A stretch of 64,000 bases of DNA, taken from positions 2,870 through 66,869 of IMG/VR virus record IMGVR_UViG_3300004481_002026; one strand, written 5' to 3'. The stretch is from a virus. Taxonomy: Duplodnaviria > Caudoviricetes. Under the pieces are notes generated by a model that was not told the DNA's origin, did no database searches, and saw nothing but the letters and a program-made list of their open reading frames with translations. A program made the translations under genes and the position numbers. Of the stretch, positions 62,240 through 64,000 are shown piece by piece. Every line of letters begins with the position of its first letter. The first letter of the stretch is position 1.

Positions 62240-63559
62240 CTACTCCGGCCAATCGAACCTGATCGTCTCAAGAAACTCCTGCCGCCGCTTCATCTCCGCG
62301 CCATCGCCATATGTCGGACGTCCGAATTCGTGGCCCATGAGGTCCGCCTGCATCCGGTCGGAGCAGTTGGCGTTTTCGATTCGGTCCTGAAAAGTGTGGC
62401 GCAACGAATAGACCGTGTGCCGCTTCGTTGGACGAAGATTGTTCTTATTCATTATCTTGTTGATGATCGCAGACGCGGAGTCGGCCTTGTCTTGGTAGCG
62501 CGGGAAGCCGTTCTGGCGTTGCTTCATGGCCCAGAGCGCAACCCCGACGAGCGGCACACGGCGGATCGAATAATCAGTCTTCTGCCTGCGGTCGTCCCGG
62601 TCGGCAACTTCGACATGCGGCACCTCGTCATCGATGCGGATATCTTGCGGACGAAGATTGCATACCTCGCCTAGCCGCATGCCGGTCTCCACCATCGTAT
62701 AGATGATGAGGCGGCCGTCTTCGTTTAGGTTGTCGAGCGCACCTTGCTTCAGGATTTCATTCTGAACCCATTCGACCGAGAACGGAATGCGCTTCTCGAG
62801 CTTTGTGGCGTTGGTTTCCTTGAGCCGCACCTTGTCCCATGCTGTTCGGTAACTGGTGTGCAGCGCGTCGTCTATGACGGTAAGCATGCCCTTGATGTCG
62901 CTAAAACTGCGGTTGGCGCTATACGCCTTCAGTTTTTCCTTGTCGATTTTGTCAGTCCACCAATCGCGGAACCGCAAGACGTCGTTGCGGGTGATCTTCG
63001 CCAAATGGGAGTCACCCAAGACATCGGTGAGATATTTCACGGCACGCTCGCGAGAAACCTTGTGCTTCTCGGTCTGCCGAGGCGACATCCCCCGCATCGC
63101 GGCCCTGCTGTATTTTTCATACATCTCCCAGATATTGCTAACGCGCGGGGCAGGGTCTGGCGCGGTTCCTGTCACTCCCTGCACGATCGACACTGAGGAA
63201 ATATTCTCAAAGGCCGCGCCAAGCCGCCGGTCGAACTCGCCGCGTGGGAGTTTCGACGCCTCTTCGGCCGGAAGATAAGTGAAGCCTATAGACTGTGCCG
63301 CCTTCACCGCCGCCTCATACTGCTGCAGCGCAGTGGCGTTATCGTTCTCGGTGACGAGCACCCGCCAAAGCGTTCGAAGCGCCCTATGTATCGTCTCTGC
63401 CCGTTCCAGAGCCTCTTTATGATTCGTGGTCTTCAGGCTTTTCTTTATGTGCTTCGGACCGCGCTTCACTTCCCACACTTCTGTCGGGACGCGGCGGTAA
63501 TAACGATAAACGTCACTGCCTGGAGCCTTCTGCACGTACTTCGACACATCATCAGACAC
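62240..63559 (-). CDS. int: Tyrosine recombinase/integrase with N-terminal arm-binding domain
   Basis: YRYYRRVP N-terminus; GMRLGEV (R), SLRH (R), MGH, PTYG (Y); GGAG SD with GTG start at 63559. Confidence 0.93.
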   Translation of the reverse strand: MSDDVSKYVQKAPGSDVYRYYRRVPTEVWEVKRGPKHIKKSLKTTNHKEALERAETIHRALRTLWRVLVTENDNATALQQYEAAVKAAQSIGFTYLPAEEASKLPRGEFDRRLGAAFENISSVSIVQGVTGTAPDPAPRVSNIWEMYEKYSRAAMRGMSPRQTEKHKVSRERAVKYLTDVLGDSHLAKITRNDVLRFRDWWTDKIDKEKLKAYSANRSFSDIKGMLTVIDDALHTSYRTAWDKVRLKETNATKLEKRIPFSVEWVQNEILKQGALDNLNEDGRLIIYTMVETGMRLGEVCNLRPQDIRIDDEVPHVEVADRDDRRQKTDYSIRRVPLVGVALWAMKQRQNGFPRYQDKADSASAIINKIMNKNNLRPTKRHTVYSLRHTFQDRIENANCSDRMQADLMGHEFGRPTYGDGAEMKRRQEFLETIRFDWPE

Positions 63560-63571
63560 TAGAAGACTCCT

Positions 63572-63602
63572 TTGTAGCCAAAATTGTAGCCGTAATGTAG
63601 GC
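63572..63602. repeat. Probable integrase arm-type sites (TTGTAGCC x2, ATGTAGGC)
   Basis: Direct repeats at 63572, 63584 and 63595, between int and the tRNA. Confidence 0.55.
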
Positions 63603-63661
63603 GAGCGAAAACGACACCGCAAGAGAAAAGTTCAATAAAATCAAGGAAGGTATTGAAACAA

Positions 63662-63698
63662 AAGAAAAACCCACGACGCTTTCACATCGTGGGTTTCT
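63662..63698 (-). terminator. Terminator downstream of tRNA-Asn
   Basis: AAACCCACGA...TCGTGGGTTT hairpin followed by a U-run on the minus strand. Confidence 0.8.
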
Positions 63699-63703
63699 AA
63701 AGC

Positions 63704-63778
63704 TGGCTCCCCGGGCCGGATTCGAACCGGCGACCTGTCGATTAACAGTCGAATGCTCTACCGCTGAGCTACCAGGGA
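63704..63778 (-). tRNA. Host tRNA-Asn (GTT), probable attachment site
   Basis: TCCCTGG acceptor, loop CTGTTAA, TTCGAAT T-loop, encoded CCA. Confidence 0.97.
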
Positions 63779-63814
63779 TAATCTGCGGCGCTGTGTGCTG
63801 CAGAAGTGAGGCTG

Positions 63815-63843
63815 CTAATACAAATGCTTTTCCGATTTGCCAA
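63815..63843 (-). promoter_or_regulatory. Likely host tRNA promoter TTGGCA-N17-TATTAG
   Basis: Correct spacing, about 30 nt upstream of the tRNA 5' end. Confidence 0.55.
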
Positions 63844-64000
63844 GCGGTTTTTCAAAAAAAACGCACAATCTTGTCTGATTGTGGACAACTCCCCATGTGA
63901 GAGGTTGAAGCATGCTGTTGATCTGCCGGGTATCGGCCTGCACGATGGCAGCGATCGCGGACACTGGTGCGCGGTAAAAATTTGGCAGGTGGAGATTTGA

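Larger units (their letters stand above)
1..63703. mobile_element. Temperate prophage (HK97-type head, long non-contractile tail) integrated beside tRNA-Asn; left end beyond the window
   Basis: Continuous phage gene set (repressors, replication, terminase, portal, capsid, tail, lysis), with a tyrosine integrase immediately 3' of a host tRNA gene. No second copy of the tRNA 3' end was seen in the window. Confidence 0.95.

Noticed and set aside
63806-64000. 64-aa ORF at the window end
   Set aside because: Overlaps the tRNA promoter region, has no SD and is cut by the window edge.

Overview
Nearly the whole window (1 to ~63700) is one temperate siphovirus-type prophage. The host is probably an alphaproteobacterium of the Rhizobiaceae (inferred from gene content and codon style). 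The prophage abuts a host tRNA-Asn(GTT) gene at 63704-63778, with a tyrosine integrase beside it; its left end lies outside the window. Order: leftward early genes; XRE repressor 1; a stand-alone Cas7/RAMP-like gene followed by an array of pentamer-periodic RNA units and a wHTH-like partner; repressor 2 (XRE plus S24-like domain); recombination/replication genes (Sak4-like ATPase, SSB-like protein, beta clamp, Cas4-like exonuclease, sigma factor, helicase, two DNA methyltransferases, primase-helicase); a ~700 nt highly structured non-coding region and five tRNAs; HK97-type head and long-tail genes with two tail spikes; a glycosyltransferase moron; lysis genes; a protease/membrane operon; nucleotide-metabolism genes; integrase. 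Main leads: (1) the Cas7-like gene plus seven (CNY-NN)n tracts and accessory gene at 3613-5564, a likely RNA-guided system with a non-contiguous guide code; (2) ssrA-tag-like ANDN motifs and C-terminal Ala-Ala ends on many non-structural proteins; (3) a large pseudoknotted RNA ahead of the tRNA cluster; (4) an out-of-frame gene nested in the C5 methyltransferase that begins with a clamp-binding-like motif; (5) three separate operator families. All calls come from reading the sequence by eye; no database searches or folding programs were run.
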